In this document: piece by piece, positions 40,270 through 49,677 of the stretch
Numbering within the stretch: the stretch's first letter is position 1
How the letters are laid out: every line of letters begins with the position of its first letter
Source of the DNA: Candidatus Woesebacteria bacterium UBA5941
Lineage (GTDB): Bacteria > Patescibacteriota > Microgenomatia > UBA8517
DNA: 64,000 nt
NCBI GenBank assembly: GCA_002430735.1
Contig: DJCV01000013.1
Coordinates: 33,460-97,459, forward strand
Reading direction: 5' to 3'
Made by a program: the position numbers and the translations under genes
The notes under the pieces: generated by a model
Database searches by the model: none
The model's input: the letters and a program-made list of their open reading frames with translations, nothing else
Told to the model about the DNA's origin: nothing

Positions 40270-41097
40270 TTAGCGAGATGAAGTAAAGCTATCTTCTAAA
40301 ACGGAGAGGAGTCCAGCCGTAACCGCTGATTGCTCTCCCTGAATCACCACCCGAGACCCACGTTGCATCTCGTGGTTATTAAATCCATCCGGGGCGTCAT
40401 TATGTATTTCAACAATGTACCCACCGGTATCTGGTCTGTTTTGTTCGTCAATCATGTTGAAATATGTTTGACGTCTCCTGAGCGCGAGTACATCTTGATC
40501 CTCTGCTTTTAGTAATTCAAGTACTCGGAATCTATTTATTTTACTCGAATCGGGTTCAAGTGATGCATCTAACATATATTTAGTAAGGTCTTGATTTTGA
40601 GGTGATTCAAATGGCTCTGAAAGATATCGAATAGCAATGTAGTTTGCATCGGCAATTGCTGCTGAAAACTCTTCAATTGTTGCAAGAGTTATGCGGTCTC
40701 CATTTGAGGAGTCATATGAGGAACTGTGAGCGCTAACCGTTTCGCTATTTTTGGTCAGCTCAACAATACGTCCGTCGTGTGTTTTGCACTCCACGTCTAT
40801 GCGTGCAATTCCTTTCGGCATTGCTGCTTCAGTAAATGGCTCCACCACCCCTGCCACTTGGTTTTCATAGTAGCTCCAATGCACATTTGTGCTCTCATCA
40901 ATTTTATTGATGATGTCGAGCAATATTTCTCCTTCAGGTAAGCCTTCACTCGTTCTTCTCTCTGGATGAAGTGTCATGCCTTGGTGTGCGAGACCTGTAC
41001 CGATAACAGTTCCAGCAAGAGCAAATTTTCCAACGTTCTTTAAAAATTCTCGCTTTGAGGGGTCTTTTAGACCTTCGTTTTCGTGATCAGTATCCAC
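40270..41097 (-). CDS. Hypothetical secreted protein with a Tat-like signal peptide (GTG start).
   Basis: 'SKREFLKNVGKFALAGTVIGTGLAHQG' resembles a twin-arginine-type signal with a KR variant. The ORF is 275 aa. Confidence 0.45.
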   Translation of the reverse strand: MDTDHENEGLKDPSKREFLKNVGKFALAGTVIGTGLAHQGMTLHPERRTSEGLPEGEILLDIINKIDESTNVHWSYYENQVAGVVEPFTEAAMPKGIARIDVECKTHDGRIVELTKNSETVSAHSSSYDSSNGDRITLATIEEFSAAIADANYIAIRYLSEPFESPQNQDLTKYMLDASLEPDSSKINRFRVLELLKAEDQDVLALRRRQTYFNMIDEQNRPDTGGYIVEIHNDAPDGFNNHEMQRGSRVVIQGEQSAVTAGLLSVLEDSFTSSR

Positions 41098-41151
41098 TTA
41101 TTGACTGTAGTAAAGGGTGGAAGGAATGTAAACGAGCAGATTTTCCTCCAC

Positions 41152-41179
41152 TAAAAAATCCGCTGTTAAGCGGATTTTC
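41152..41179 (-). terminator. Intrinsic terminator downstream of rplL.
   Basis: aatccgc-tgtta-gcggatt is flanked by A6 on one side and T4 on the other. On the minus strand the hairpin is followed by TTTTTT. Confidence 0.6.
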
Positions 41180-41200
41180 TAGGAATAAAATAATAAACTA

Positions 41201-41608
41201 TTACTTTAATTCAACAGTAGCTCCTGCTGCTTTAAGCTTTTCAGCTGCTGATTTAGCATCTTCAGCTTTAGCATTTTCAAGAACTGTTGCTGGAACAGCT
41301 TCTGTTAAGTCTTTTGCTTCTTTAAGTCCTAAGTTTTGATTAATCTCACGAAGGGCCTTAATAACAGAAATTTTGTTAGCTCCAGTATCAGTCATAACAA
41401 CTGTTTGAGTTGAGCTTTCGCCTGCGGCTGCGGCTCCGGCTTCAGCTGGTGCTGCTGCAGCAGGGGCTGCTGCTGCGACCGGCATGGCGGAGACACCAAA
41501 CTTCTCTTGCAAAGCGGAAACCATATCAGCAAGTTCTAATACTGAAAGATTAGAAATTTCTTCAATGAGTTTTTCGACTTTTGCGGTTAGTTTCTTTTCG
41601 TCTGCCAT
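41201..41608 (-). CDS. rplL: 50S ribosomal protein L7/L12.
   Basis: It has the Ala-rich hinge and the C-terminal 'ISVIKALREINQNLGLKEAKDLTEA...AAGATVELK'. Confidence 0.9.
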   Translation of the reverse strand: MADEKKLTAKVEKLIEEISNLSVLELADMVSALQEKFGVSAMPVAAAAPAAAAPAEAGAAAAGESSTQTVVMTDTGANKISVIKALREINQNLGLKEAKDLTEAVPATVLENAKAEDAKSAAEKLKAAGATVELK

Positions 41609-41625
41609 AGTTAGCTCACCTCCTC

Positions 41626-42168
41626 TTATGCATTCATACTCTTTTGTCGTGCATGAAGCACGTACACGAGTTTTTGAATGTTTCCATTTAAAGTGGACAT
41701 CAGTCCGTATAGTGGGGATGAAATTCCACCAACTACTTGCGCAATTAATTGATCTTTACCAGGAAGTTTTGAAATACGTCCAATTCCTGCTGCATCTTGA
41801 AAAATTCCTTCAACAACAGCTGCTTTCCATTTTGTTTTTTCAGTATCAGCCATGAACTTACCTAAAATTTGAATAGGAGCAACAGGATCTTTTTCAGCAA
41901 CTACAACAGCAGTTTGACCTGACAAAATAGTATCAGAGAATGCTTCTTCCGGGAGATTTGCGTTCTTCGCAGCAATTTTAATGAGGGTATTTTTTGCAAC
42001 AAGCATTTTTCCATTTCCTTCTTTAAGCTTCTTTTTAAGTGCTTGTCCCTCTTTCATGGTGAGTGTTGTGTAATCAACAAACATGACAGAAGACGCATTT
42101 TTAAGCGCCTCTGAAAGAGCGGAAACTTCGTTTAATTTTGTGTCTTTAATTTGTTTTGAATGTTTCAT
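41626..42168 (-). CDS. rplJ: 50S ribosomal protein L10.
   Basis: The 180-aa gene lies upstream of rplL and has an L10 N-terminal 'K..LNEVSAL...L...SS.MFVDY.TLT' pattern. Confidence 0.85.
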   Translation of the reverse strand: MKHSKQIKDTKLNEVSALSEALKNASSVMFVDYTTLTMKEGQALKKKLKEGNGKMLVAKNTLIKIAAKNANLPEEAFSDTILSGQTAVVVAEKDPVAPIQILGKFMADTEKTKWKAAVVEGIFQDAAGIGRISKLPGKDQLIAQVVGGISSPLYGLMSTLNGNIQKLVYVLHARQKSMNA

Positions 42169-42312
42169 GGTATAAAAAAATCCTCAACCAGTGAGGACAT
42201 AGAAATTGCTATTTGTATGAGCCTCGGCACATTATAACCACTATGGGTTGCGTGCTGTCTTTGGTTAGAAGTATAATACCACAGTTAACCGTGAATAACA
42301 AGGGAGTACGTC

Positions 42313-42747
42313 ATGTTTTTGATACGGAGGAGTGTGTGGGGTGAACGGCTTCAGAAAGTACTTTTGGTTTGTGGAATAGTTTTGATTTGCAGCGTGTGTG
42401 CAGCACTTTCAGTGATAACATACCAGCTTTCACAGCCGCTGTCTGTGGTGGAATGCGACGACTTTGTAGCTAAAGTCGTTGAAATTGTGACAGAACATGG
42501 GCCGCAACGTGAGCTTGTAGTCGAAGTCCAAAAGTACGTTTCCCCCAACGTGTTTGAAACAAATCAGTATCCAGGACTTATCGGCTTCCCTCACAAATCA
42601 GTTGGGAAGCTGATTGGAGAATGCAAGGGAAATAAGGTTACCTTTGCAGCAGAAAATATTGATGGTTCCTGGGACAGCTACCAGGTTTGTTTAGGACAAC
42701 GGTGTTCGGATGAGGAGAGAAAACCAGTTCGAATAAACATTGGGTAA
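42313..42747 (+). CDS. Hypothetical membrane-anchored protein.
   Basis: The 144-aa ORF has an N-terminal TM helix and lies upstream of the PA14 protein on the same strand. Confidence 0.4.
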   Translation: MFLIRRSVWGERLQKVLLVCGIVLICSVCAALSVITYQLSQPLSVVECDDFVAKVVEIVTEHGPQRELVVEVQKYVSPNVFETNQYPGLIGFPHKSVGKLIGECKGNKVTFAAENIDGSWDSYQVCLGQRCSDEERKPVRINIG

Positions 42748-42833
42748 TACACCTCGAAATATAGGCGGATAGTCTCCGCCTTTTTTGTTGAAGACTTTCT
42801 TGACACGTTACCTCAACACTGCTTTCATGAGTA

Positions 42834-45800
42834 ATGGAGTTTGATATGAATCGAGATCCGATTCAATTCGATAGTGAGAATAAAGCCTTCACTTTAAAAG
42901 AGAAAATGAGGGCATTTAAAATGTCTCTGAGACATTCTGCTTCTCCCTCCAAAAAACCTATTGTCAGCGGCATTTTAGTAATAGCCCTTGCAATTAGTAC
43001 TGTGTTTTTAACACAGCGCGTGCAGACTCCGGTACCAGTTGCTGAGAATTCACAAGCGGCGGTTCCCGTTCCCTGGACGTATCCTCGGAAGTTAAAAGTT
43101 ATCATTCTTCGTTATTTTAACCCGTCATCCCCTGAAGCATTTCGAAGCCCTGCTAATGCACAAATTCTGACGGATAATATGCAGGGTATTCTTTTTCAAT
43201 CTTCAAAATTCAAAGGAAATCCGATTGCTACGTCCTCTGTTCAGGTTGAGGTAGCTGGTACATATGACTTCAATGGCCTTCCGCCAAACCCTACAGGTGA
43301 ATGGGAGGATGGATATCGGCAGATGGTTGAACAAATCTTGCCAGGTGAGAATAGAACTGTCTGTGATCGCATTAATGCTGAGGGAATTGACCAAGTGTGG
43401 TTTATGGGTGACCCTTCTCAACCTGGCTTTATCAAGGGTCCTGAGTTTGCAATATCAAGCAAATACATTCGTCCTGAAACACTGGCGCTTAATTATGAGT
43501 ATCAGATTTTGCCAAAGACGCTGTTTTGTGGTGGCCAGAAGAGTTTTATGGTTTTCTATTTTGATTTAAGCCGTGTCGAAGTAAGTTCACATGCAATGGG
43601 TCATTATATGGAATCTCTTTTAGGTGCGGCACAGGGATTTGAACTTTTTACTAAAGGGTACATGGGAGTTTCATATTATGGTAATGGTGTTGATGGTGAG
43701 GCGATTCCTGGAGTGAACCTGTCTGACAAGTGCGGGAGTATTCACGTCCCTCCAAATGTATCAACGATCCTGAGTACTAATCCAAACCGATATAAAGGAT
43801 ATGAGTACGGTGATCCTACTGAAGTTCAATCCAGTTGTGACAACTGGAAGCCTGATGGCTCAGGTGCGAAGTCTGCCGTGAGTGCGGCAACTTGGACGAA
43901 TAGCAACAACCTTATTGGTAGCCAGGAATTGCGATATCACACATGGTGGATGCGGAATTTGCCAAATATGAATAATGGGCTCACCTATAACCAGATTCCA
44001 CTTCCGAATTGGTGGGATTTTATGGTTGATACTGATGAAACAATCGCATTTTATCTCAACAATACGTATTATATGAATCCAGATCTCTTCTTTGCAGTTA
44101 ACACTTCAGCGTGTGCTTCTACGACAAATGATACGTATATTACGTGTTCCTTTAATCCATCTGGGGTGTTGGGAGCAGCGACTGAATCTACTGAGAAAGA
44201 TTCTGAATTGTCACCTGCAGTATTGCAATCATCTGCTGCAGAATATGGAAAAATGATCTTAGTGACTGTTGGGTATTCTCCAAGCGCGGCAAACGCTTCT
44301 GCTGCCGTAGAGGTTGCCAGTTATTGCGGTCTTCCGCTCACTAAAGTGAATGCCACCCCATCGAGTGGTGGTGGCATGAAAACAGAGATGTTTTACATTA
44401 TCAATCCCGTAGGTACAAATTGTCAGGCGTATTTACAGTTTACGAGAGCTCCTGGAGAACGAATCGTGTCAGTCAGTGAATTTAATAATGTTGCCACAAC
44501 CGGAACCGTTTCAACTGGAACGACAATAACCGGTTCAACAAGTACTACCTATACTATTAACCCGACCTTCGTATCACTTAACTTAACAAGCACAAAAGAT
44601 ACCTTACCATTGTGTACCTACGCTCAGTATTCAGAACAGACAACTCCTCCAAATACAAATGCGGTAACTACAACAGGAAAAACACGCCAATTATGGAAAT
44701 ATGAACATACTCGAGTGTTAGGCCCTAATGGAGAGCCGAATCCAAATGGACCAATTGCCAATGTGTGGGGCGGTTTGGTTGGTGGCACTCAGAGAACTGC
44801 TGATGGGATGCAAACCGTGACATGGACGTTTGGGAAAACAATGCCGTGGTCAGCGACATGCGCAAACTTTAAAGTAAAGCCGTTTACTACGCCACCAACT
44901 ACCCCTCCTGTCACCCCTCCACCGCCAACGCCTGCTCCGATTCCGTCAGTTACCTTAAAGGTAAACGGCGCAGATAATGTAACAATTCCATATAACAAAT
45001 CTGTGTCACTTTCGTGGACTTCATCAAATGTCACCAGTTGTACTGCGAGTAACGGTTGGACGGGAACAAAAGCAGTGTCTGGTTTTGAGACAACAGCATT
45101 ACTTACTGCTAATAAGACTTATACGATCAATTGCACCGGTTCATTTGGTAGTGTGAGTGATACTGTGAACGTCACTGTAACGAGAGTGCCTGTTGTTGAT
45201 TTGAAAATTAATGGAAGTGATACCTCCGTAACACTTGAAAAAGGAATTGCACCGACTCTTGCATGGACTCAAACAGGAGCAACGAGCTGTACTGCAAGTG
45301 GTGGATGGACTGGGACAAAAGCGGTTGCTGGCGGTTATGAAAAGGGGGCCGTTCTTGGAAATAATGCAACCTATACCTTAACGTGTACAAATGCGTCGGG
45401 AAGTGCGAGTGATACAGTGTCCGTGGTTGCAGCAGCAACAACTGCAAAAACGGGTTATTTAGCTCAATATTTCAGTGACACTAATTTCCAAAAGCTGGGT
45501 TCACAGAGTGTTATCAGTTCTATTAATTTTGATTGGGGAACGACTGGTTTACCATATCCTGGTGGACCGTCAAACTACTATTCATCGCGATATACAGCAC
45601 AAATTACTCCATCTGTAACTGGAACATATACCTTTATTACGACTTCTGATGATGGGGTACGTCTGTACGTAGACGACGTACCTGTTATTTATGATTGGAT
45701 TTATCATGGAAGAGCTATATCGACAGGCACGATTGCATTAACGGCAGGGAAGCAATACGATTTCGTACTCGAACATGCTGAATCAACAGGTGGTGCCACC

Positions 45801-47159
45801 ATGATTTTCCAAGCAGGAATTGGCACTTCACCAGCGGCATTGAACCCAAAAGCCGTCGCATTAAATTTGGGCAATAATGGGGGAGGCTTAACAGCTGAAT
45901 ATTTCGGAACTGATTCATTCACGAATGTAATTGCAACCACTCGAGAACCGCTTCTTGATTCACTGTGGACCACTGTTCCGACGTCCCAGTTGCCACGGAC
46001 ATATAACTCTGCTCGATATTCTGGAACTATTACTCCAAAGGTCAGTGCGACCTATACGTTTGCTATCCCTCAAGGGGTGAGAATGTGGATTAACAACGTT
46101 GAAAAGACAGCATCTCCGACTCAGGCGATGACAGCAAACACTGCATATAACATTCGGTTTGAGACGAAACTGGGTGAATATATGTACTTTTACGCCCGTT
46201 GGAAGTATGGAACTCAGCCATACACGGCTCTTGATTTTCGATTCTTACGACCACTCGTGACAACCCAGACACAGCAACCGTCACCTCCTGTGTCTGCTCC
46301 TTCAAGACAAGGGATAACGGGAACATATTTTGATAAAAGAGATTTCACTGGGAATTCAGTGTCCCGAATCGACCCGTATATCCAGTTTTATTGGTCAGGT
46401 GCCGTGCCAATTGAGACAATTCCAACGAAAGACTTTTCGGTGCGATGGACTGGGTCACTTGTTGTTCCAACTGCCGGCGCGTATACCTTCTACACAGAGG
46501 CTGACGATGGGATAAGAGTGTTTGTAGATGGGCAAAAAGTAATTGATAAATGGACATGGGAATCACACTCTGGGAACGAGCAATCTTCCAATGCTATAAA
46601 CCTGTCCGCCGGAGACCATTCCTTGGTGGTTGAGTACAATCAAGGCAGTGGAGGTTCAAAGGCCATTCTTCGATGGAGTGGTCCAAATATTACAAAGCGG
46701 GTTATTCAAACTGAAAATCTAAAAGCCGAAAACGCGCTTGTTTCAGGTGTGCGAGCAAGTTACTTTAACAACGAATCATTCTCAGGAACGAGTATCGATA
46801 AGACAGACCCCTCCATTAACTTTACTTGGAATACTGACGCTCCTACTACAGGTGTAAACGCAAATAATTTTTCTGTTCGATGGACTGGTGTTGTGAATGT
46901 TACAGATCAAGGTAGTTATACCTTTTACACAGAGGCTGACGATGGGATGAAAATATGGATCGACGACCAGCTCGTTCTGGACTACTGGTGGTGGCAGAGC
47001 CATTATGGCGCTGAGAAGGCTTCAAACGCGATCACTTTGAGTCCTGGCACCCATACGGTAAAGGTTGAAGCGCATGATGCCAGTGGAGGTTCAAAGGCGA
47101 TTCTTCGATGGAGCGGTCCAAATATCCCAAAGCAAGTCGTTCCACTGTATTTGAATTGA
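42834..47159 (+). CDS. Large secreted protein (1441 aa). It has an N-terminal domain of unknown function, a Pro/Thr linker, two Ig-like domains and four C-terminal PA14 domains.
   Basis: It has a signal/TM 'IVSGILVIALAISTVFL' and the linker 'PPTTPPVTPPPPTPAPIP'. The two Ig-like modules of about 80 aa carry 'SCTAS.GWTGTKAV'. The PA14 signatures 'GITGTYFDKRDFTG...FSVRWTG...YTFYTEADDG(I/M)(R/K)(V/I)(F/W)(V/I)D' occur four times. Confidence 0.8.
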   Translation: MEFDMNRDPIQFDSENKAFTLKEKMRAFKMSLRHSASPSKKPIVSGILVIALAISTVFLTQRVQTPVPVAENSQAAVPVPWTYPRKLKVIILRYFNPSSPEAFRSPANAQILTDNMQGILFQSSKFKGNPIATSSVQVEVAGTYDFNGLPPNPTGEWEDGYRQMVEQILPGENRTVCDRINAEGIDQVWFMGDPSQPGFIKGPEFAISSKYIRPETLALNYEYQILPKTLFCGGQKSFMVFYFDLSRVEVSSHAMGHYMESLLGAAQGFELFTKGYMGVSYYGNGVDGEAIPGVNLSDKCGSIHVPPNVSTILSTNPNRYKGYEYGDPTEVQSSCDNWKPDGSGAKSAVSAATWTNSNNLIGSQELRYHTWWMRNLPNMNNGLTYNQIPLPNWWDFMVDTDETIAFYLNNTYYMNPDLFFAVNTSACASTTNDTYITCSFNPSGVLGAATESTEKDSELSPAVLQSSAAEYGKMILVTVGYSPSAANASAAVEVASYCGLPLTKVNATPSSGGGMKTEMFYIINPVGTNCQAYLQFTRAPGERIVSVSEFNNVATTGTVSTGTTITGSTSTTYTINPTFVSLNLTSTKDTLPLCTYAQYSEQTTPPNTNAVTTTGKTRQLWKYEHTRVLGPNGEPNPNGPIANVWGGLVGGTQRTADGMQTVTWTFGKTMPWSATCANFKVKPFTTPPTTPPVTPPPPTPAPIPSVTLKVNGADNVTIPYNKSVSLSWTSSNVTSCTASNGWTGTKAVSGFETTALLTANKTYTINCTGSFGSVSDTVNVTVTRVPVVDLKINGSDTSVTLEKGIAPTLAWTQTGATSCTASGGWTGTKAVAGGYEKGAVLGNNATYTLTCTNASGSASDTVSVVAAATTAKTGYLAQYFSDTNFQKLGSQSVISSINFDWGTTGLPYPGGPSNYYSSRYTAQITPSVTGTYTFITTSDDGVRLYVDDVPVIYDWIYHGRAISTGTIALTAGKQYDFVLEHAESTGGATMIFQAGIGTSPAALNPKAVALNLGNNGGGLTAEYFGTDSFTNVIATTREPLLDSLWTTVPTSQLPRTYNSARYSGTITPKVSATYTFAIPQGVRMWINNVEKTASPTQAMTANTAYNIRFETKLGEYMYFYARWKYGTQPYTALDFRFLRPLVTTQTQQPSPPVSAPSRQGITGTYFDKRDFTGNSVSRIDPYIQFYWSGAVPIETIPTKDFSVRWTGSLVVPTAGAYTFYTEADDGIRVFVDGQKVIDKWTWESHSGNEQSSNAINLSAGDHSLVVEYNQGSGGSKAILRWSGPNITKRVIQTENLKAENALVSGVRASYFNNESFSGTSIDKTDPSINFTWNTDAPTTGVNANNFSVRWTGVVNVTDQGSYTFYTEADDGMKIWIDDQLVLDYWWWQSHYGAEKASNAITLSPGTHTVKVEAHDASGGSKAILRWSGPNIPKQVVPLYLN

Positions 47160-47177
47160 TTGTGTAAACCTGTGAAG

Positions 47178-47873
47178 TTATGCGACAGCCACTTTGACTG
47201 AAGGACCCATGGTGGAGCTTAAGTACATGGTTACAATTTGTCGGGCTGAAACTCCAGCGATAACAGCATTAATGTTTTCTGTTAAATCTTTGTCAGTCAT
47301 GCTGATCTTACCAACTGCTAAGTGAATAAGTGGTGCACTTTTTTCTGTTTTTACTGTTACATTGTTTGTTGAAAACTTTTCAACAGCAGCTTCATTTTTA
47401 ACGAGTGTTCCATTCTTAGGATTTGGCATCATTCCACGAGGTCCTAAGAGTTTTGCAAACCGGACTAATTTAGGCATCATGTCTGCAGTTGCCAGTAAAA
47501 TATCAAATTCAATCTTTCCTTGAGTAAGTTTTTCAATTGTGGCGTCTGTTGCAAACTCTACCTTCTTTTGACGACCTGCGCCATGTGGGAGGGTCAATTG
47601 TACTGAGAGATTATCTTTTCGAACTTGAGCATGTAATTCAACAGTAGCATCAAATTTTACAAATGAAGTCTCTTTAATAAGAGTTAATGCTTCAGCGAGT
47701 GAGTACGTTCTATTGTCATCAACCTTAGCTCGTGATGAAAGAATATTTTTTCCGTGCTTTGGCTTCTTGAACGCCGTTTTGGCTGCTAAGTCTTCAATTT
47801 TCTTTGCAGCGTATTTATCCACTTTTGTTGAAGTGTTCTCAGCGCCTACAGTAACGTTTTTTGTTTTTCCCAT
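47178..47873 (-). CDS. rplA: 50S ribosomal protein L1.
   Basis: The 231-aa gene has 'KFDATVELHAQV' and 'LPHGAGRQKKV' L1 motifs. Confidence 0.9.
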   Translation of the reverse strand: MGKTKNVTVGAENTSTKVDKYAAKKIEDLAAKTAFKKPKHGKNILSSRAKVDDNRTYSLAEALTLIKETSFVKFDATVELHAQVRKDNLSVQLTLPHGAGRQKKVEFATDATIEKLTQGKIEFDILLATADMMPKLVRFAKLLGPRGMMPNPKNGTLVKNEAAVEKFSTNNVTVKTEKSAPLIHLAVGKISMTDKDLTENINAVIAGVSARQIVTMYLSSTMGPSVKVAVA

Positions 47874-47877
47874 ATAA

Positions 47878-48306
47878 TTAAGCTTCTACTTTAACTCCCA
47901 TTGATCGGGCAGTTCCTGCAACAACTTTCATTGCAGCTTCAACGTTTTCAGTATTCAAATCATTCATTTTTTCTTTTGCGATTTCTTCAAGTTGTACTTT
48001 AGAGAGCGTTCCTGCGATGGTTCGAGGCGTTGTGCCGCTTCCTTTTTCAATTCCAAGCTTTTTCTTGATCATTGCTGATACTGGAGCTAATCGAAGTTCA
48101 AAATCAAAAGATCGATCTTCATAGATAGTGATAACAGCAGGAACAACGTTTCCGCGCATAGAAGCTGTTCTATCGTTATATTGCTTCACAAAGTCCATGA
48201 TATTTAACCCGTGTTGACCTAAAATAGGTCCCAAAGGAGGGGCTGGGGTTGCAGCACCTGCTTGTAGGTTAACTTTAACGGTTGTTTTGATTTTTTTGCC
48301 TGCCAT
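47878..48306 (-). CDS. rplK: 50S ribosomal protein L11.
   Basis: 'KVNLQAGAATPAPPLGPILGQHGLNIMDFVKQYN' is the L11 signature. Confidence 0.9.
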   Translation of the reverse strand: MAGKKIKTTVKVNLQAGAATPAPPLGPILGQHGLNIMDFVKQYNDRTASMRGNVVPAVITIYEDRSFDFELRLAPVSAMIKKKLGIEKGSGTTPRTIAGTLSKVQLEEIAKEKMNDLNTENVEAAMKVVAGTARSMGVKVEA

Positions 48307-48525
48307 GGTTATAAATTAAAATCTCATTTGAAGATACTAAAAAGAGTCGAAGCGCCACCTAAAAAGGAAGTTTTTCGATACTTTGTGAGTATCTTCCTCG
48401 ATAGAATCTATCGAAGTACACGTAGTATATCGAGGTTTACGTGTGAATTCAAGTTTTGGGTGTTTTTATTCTATATTCACAACAGCTATCGTGTATGAAA
48501 TAATACATGTATATCAAATAATAAT

Positions 48526-48927
48526 ATGTCAGAACATGAAGGATCGGGTTCAGTAGATCTGGATGCGTTCACACCACCTGAATTACCAAACATTGGTACT
48601 CCTAACCCAGAAGGACATCTCCCCATTGAGAAAGACCCTGGGTATTTAAAATTATCTCCGGAAGATCGGATACGTGTACAGCAAAACACTCGCATTGCAG
48701 TGGCCGAGGGAGAAGATACAAGGTCTGGAATAGATGACCTTGTGAAGACTGGAAGTCTTCGTAAAATTGATAGTGAGGGTGACGAAACCCGTTACAGAGA
48801 TGTTTCAGGACAACGTGAATATGTACACAACTCACAAACTGGCCGTCTTACTCTCATTAAGGATGAAGATGGTGTCGATTATCGCAAAGAAGAGCAAGAT
48901 AGTAGCCGTGAAGACGAAGAGGAATAA
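48526..48927 (+). CDS. Hypothetical highly acidic protein.
   Basis: The 133-aa ORF is D/E-rich with no recognisable domain. It is weakly supported. Confidence 0.3.
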   Translation: MSEHEGSGSVDLDAFTPPELPNIGTPNPEGHLPIEKDPGYLKLSPEDRIRVQQNTRIAVAEGEDTRSGIDDLVKTGSLRKIDSEGDETRYRDVSGQREYVHNSQTGRLTLIKDEDGVDYRKEEQDSSREDEEE

Positions 48928-49010
48928 TCAAAACTTCAGGAAGAGCGACTGAACAACTCCCGTTTGCACCCATACCCCATATTCTTTATAATAACGCCAT
49001 CAATCGGTTT

Positions 49011-49586
49011 GTGATGGAGGTTTCCGCAATGCTCACACGGATGAAATGGGGAGACATCGTCAACAGCCCCCTGATGCAAGTTCTCATGTACGATAACAAA
49101 CGGTACATGGCAAGAAATTTATCAGGCGGGCATCTACCGAAAGGTCTGTTTTGCCAGCCAGAGTACACCACTGTGAAGGCGAAACGTATTGAGATCGGTG
49201 GGGTAACATTCATTGATGATTACAATGCCCAGGTGTATGAACCAGGGGACTACCGCCTCTGGGACGGAAACACACCTGATGATCAGTTGCATATACACCG
49301 GAGTTGGACAGCAAAAAAAATGTCATTTGAAGCCACGTATACGGTGTTAAGAGAAAGGGCAGAGTTCGTTGTAGCCCATAAAACGGGCTATTTACAAGCA
49401 GCGCTCATACCTGTGCCGTTTTTCGTGTGGACTCTGGACAATAAAAACAAGCCGTTCTACTATCCGGCCGGGAGCATTATGGTTCGTCAGGTGACACCTG
49501 ATGGCCAAGTGTTATCCGATGAATATGCAATGCCTGCACATCGGTTCAGTCGGTATCAGCCAGTGAAAGCAGCACGGGTTGCATAA
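49011..49586 (+). CDS. Hypothetical protein with elevated GC (about 49%) and foreign-looking codon usage.
   Basis: The 191-aa ORF is followed by a strong intrinsic terminator. It is inserted between rplK and nusG. Confidence 0.5.
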   Translation: MMEVSAMLTRMKWGDIVNSPLMQVLMYDNKRYMARNLSGGHLPKGLFCQPEYTTVKAKRIEIGGVTFIDDYNAQVYEPGDYRLWDGNTPDDQLHIHRSWTAKKMSFEATYTVLRERAEFVVAHKTGYLQAALIPVPFFVWTLDNKNKPFYYPAGSIMVRQVTPDGQVLSDEYAMPAHRFSRYQPVKAARVA

Positions 49587-49601
49587 CAGCAACCACTAAG
49601 T

Positions 49602-49633
49602 CCCTTAGGTGTACTGAGGGGCTTATTTTTTTT
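49602..49633 (+). terminator. Rho-independent terminator.
   Basis: The stem cccttag/ctgaggg is 7 bp with one G-U pair and a 5-nt loop. It is followed by cttatttttttt. Confidence 0.65.
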
Positions 49634-49677
49634 GCAGAAAAAAGAGGGAAAGGCGAAAAAAGCATTAACGAAAGGTG

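Noticed and set aside
42169-42312. A possible ribosomal protein L10 (rplJ) leader upstream of rplJ, and an L1-binding leader upstream of rplK (48307-48500).
   Set aside because: The position is plausible, but I cannot verify the conserved secondary structure by eye. A covariance-model scan (Rfam L10_leader, L1 leader) would be needed.
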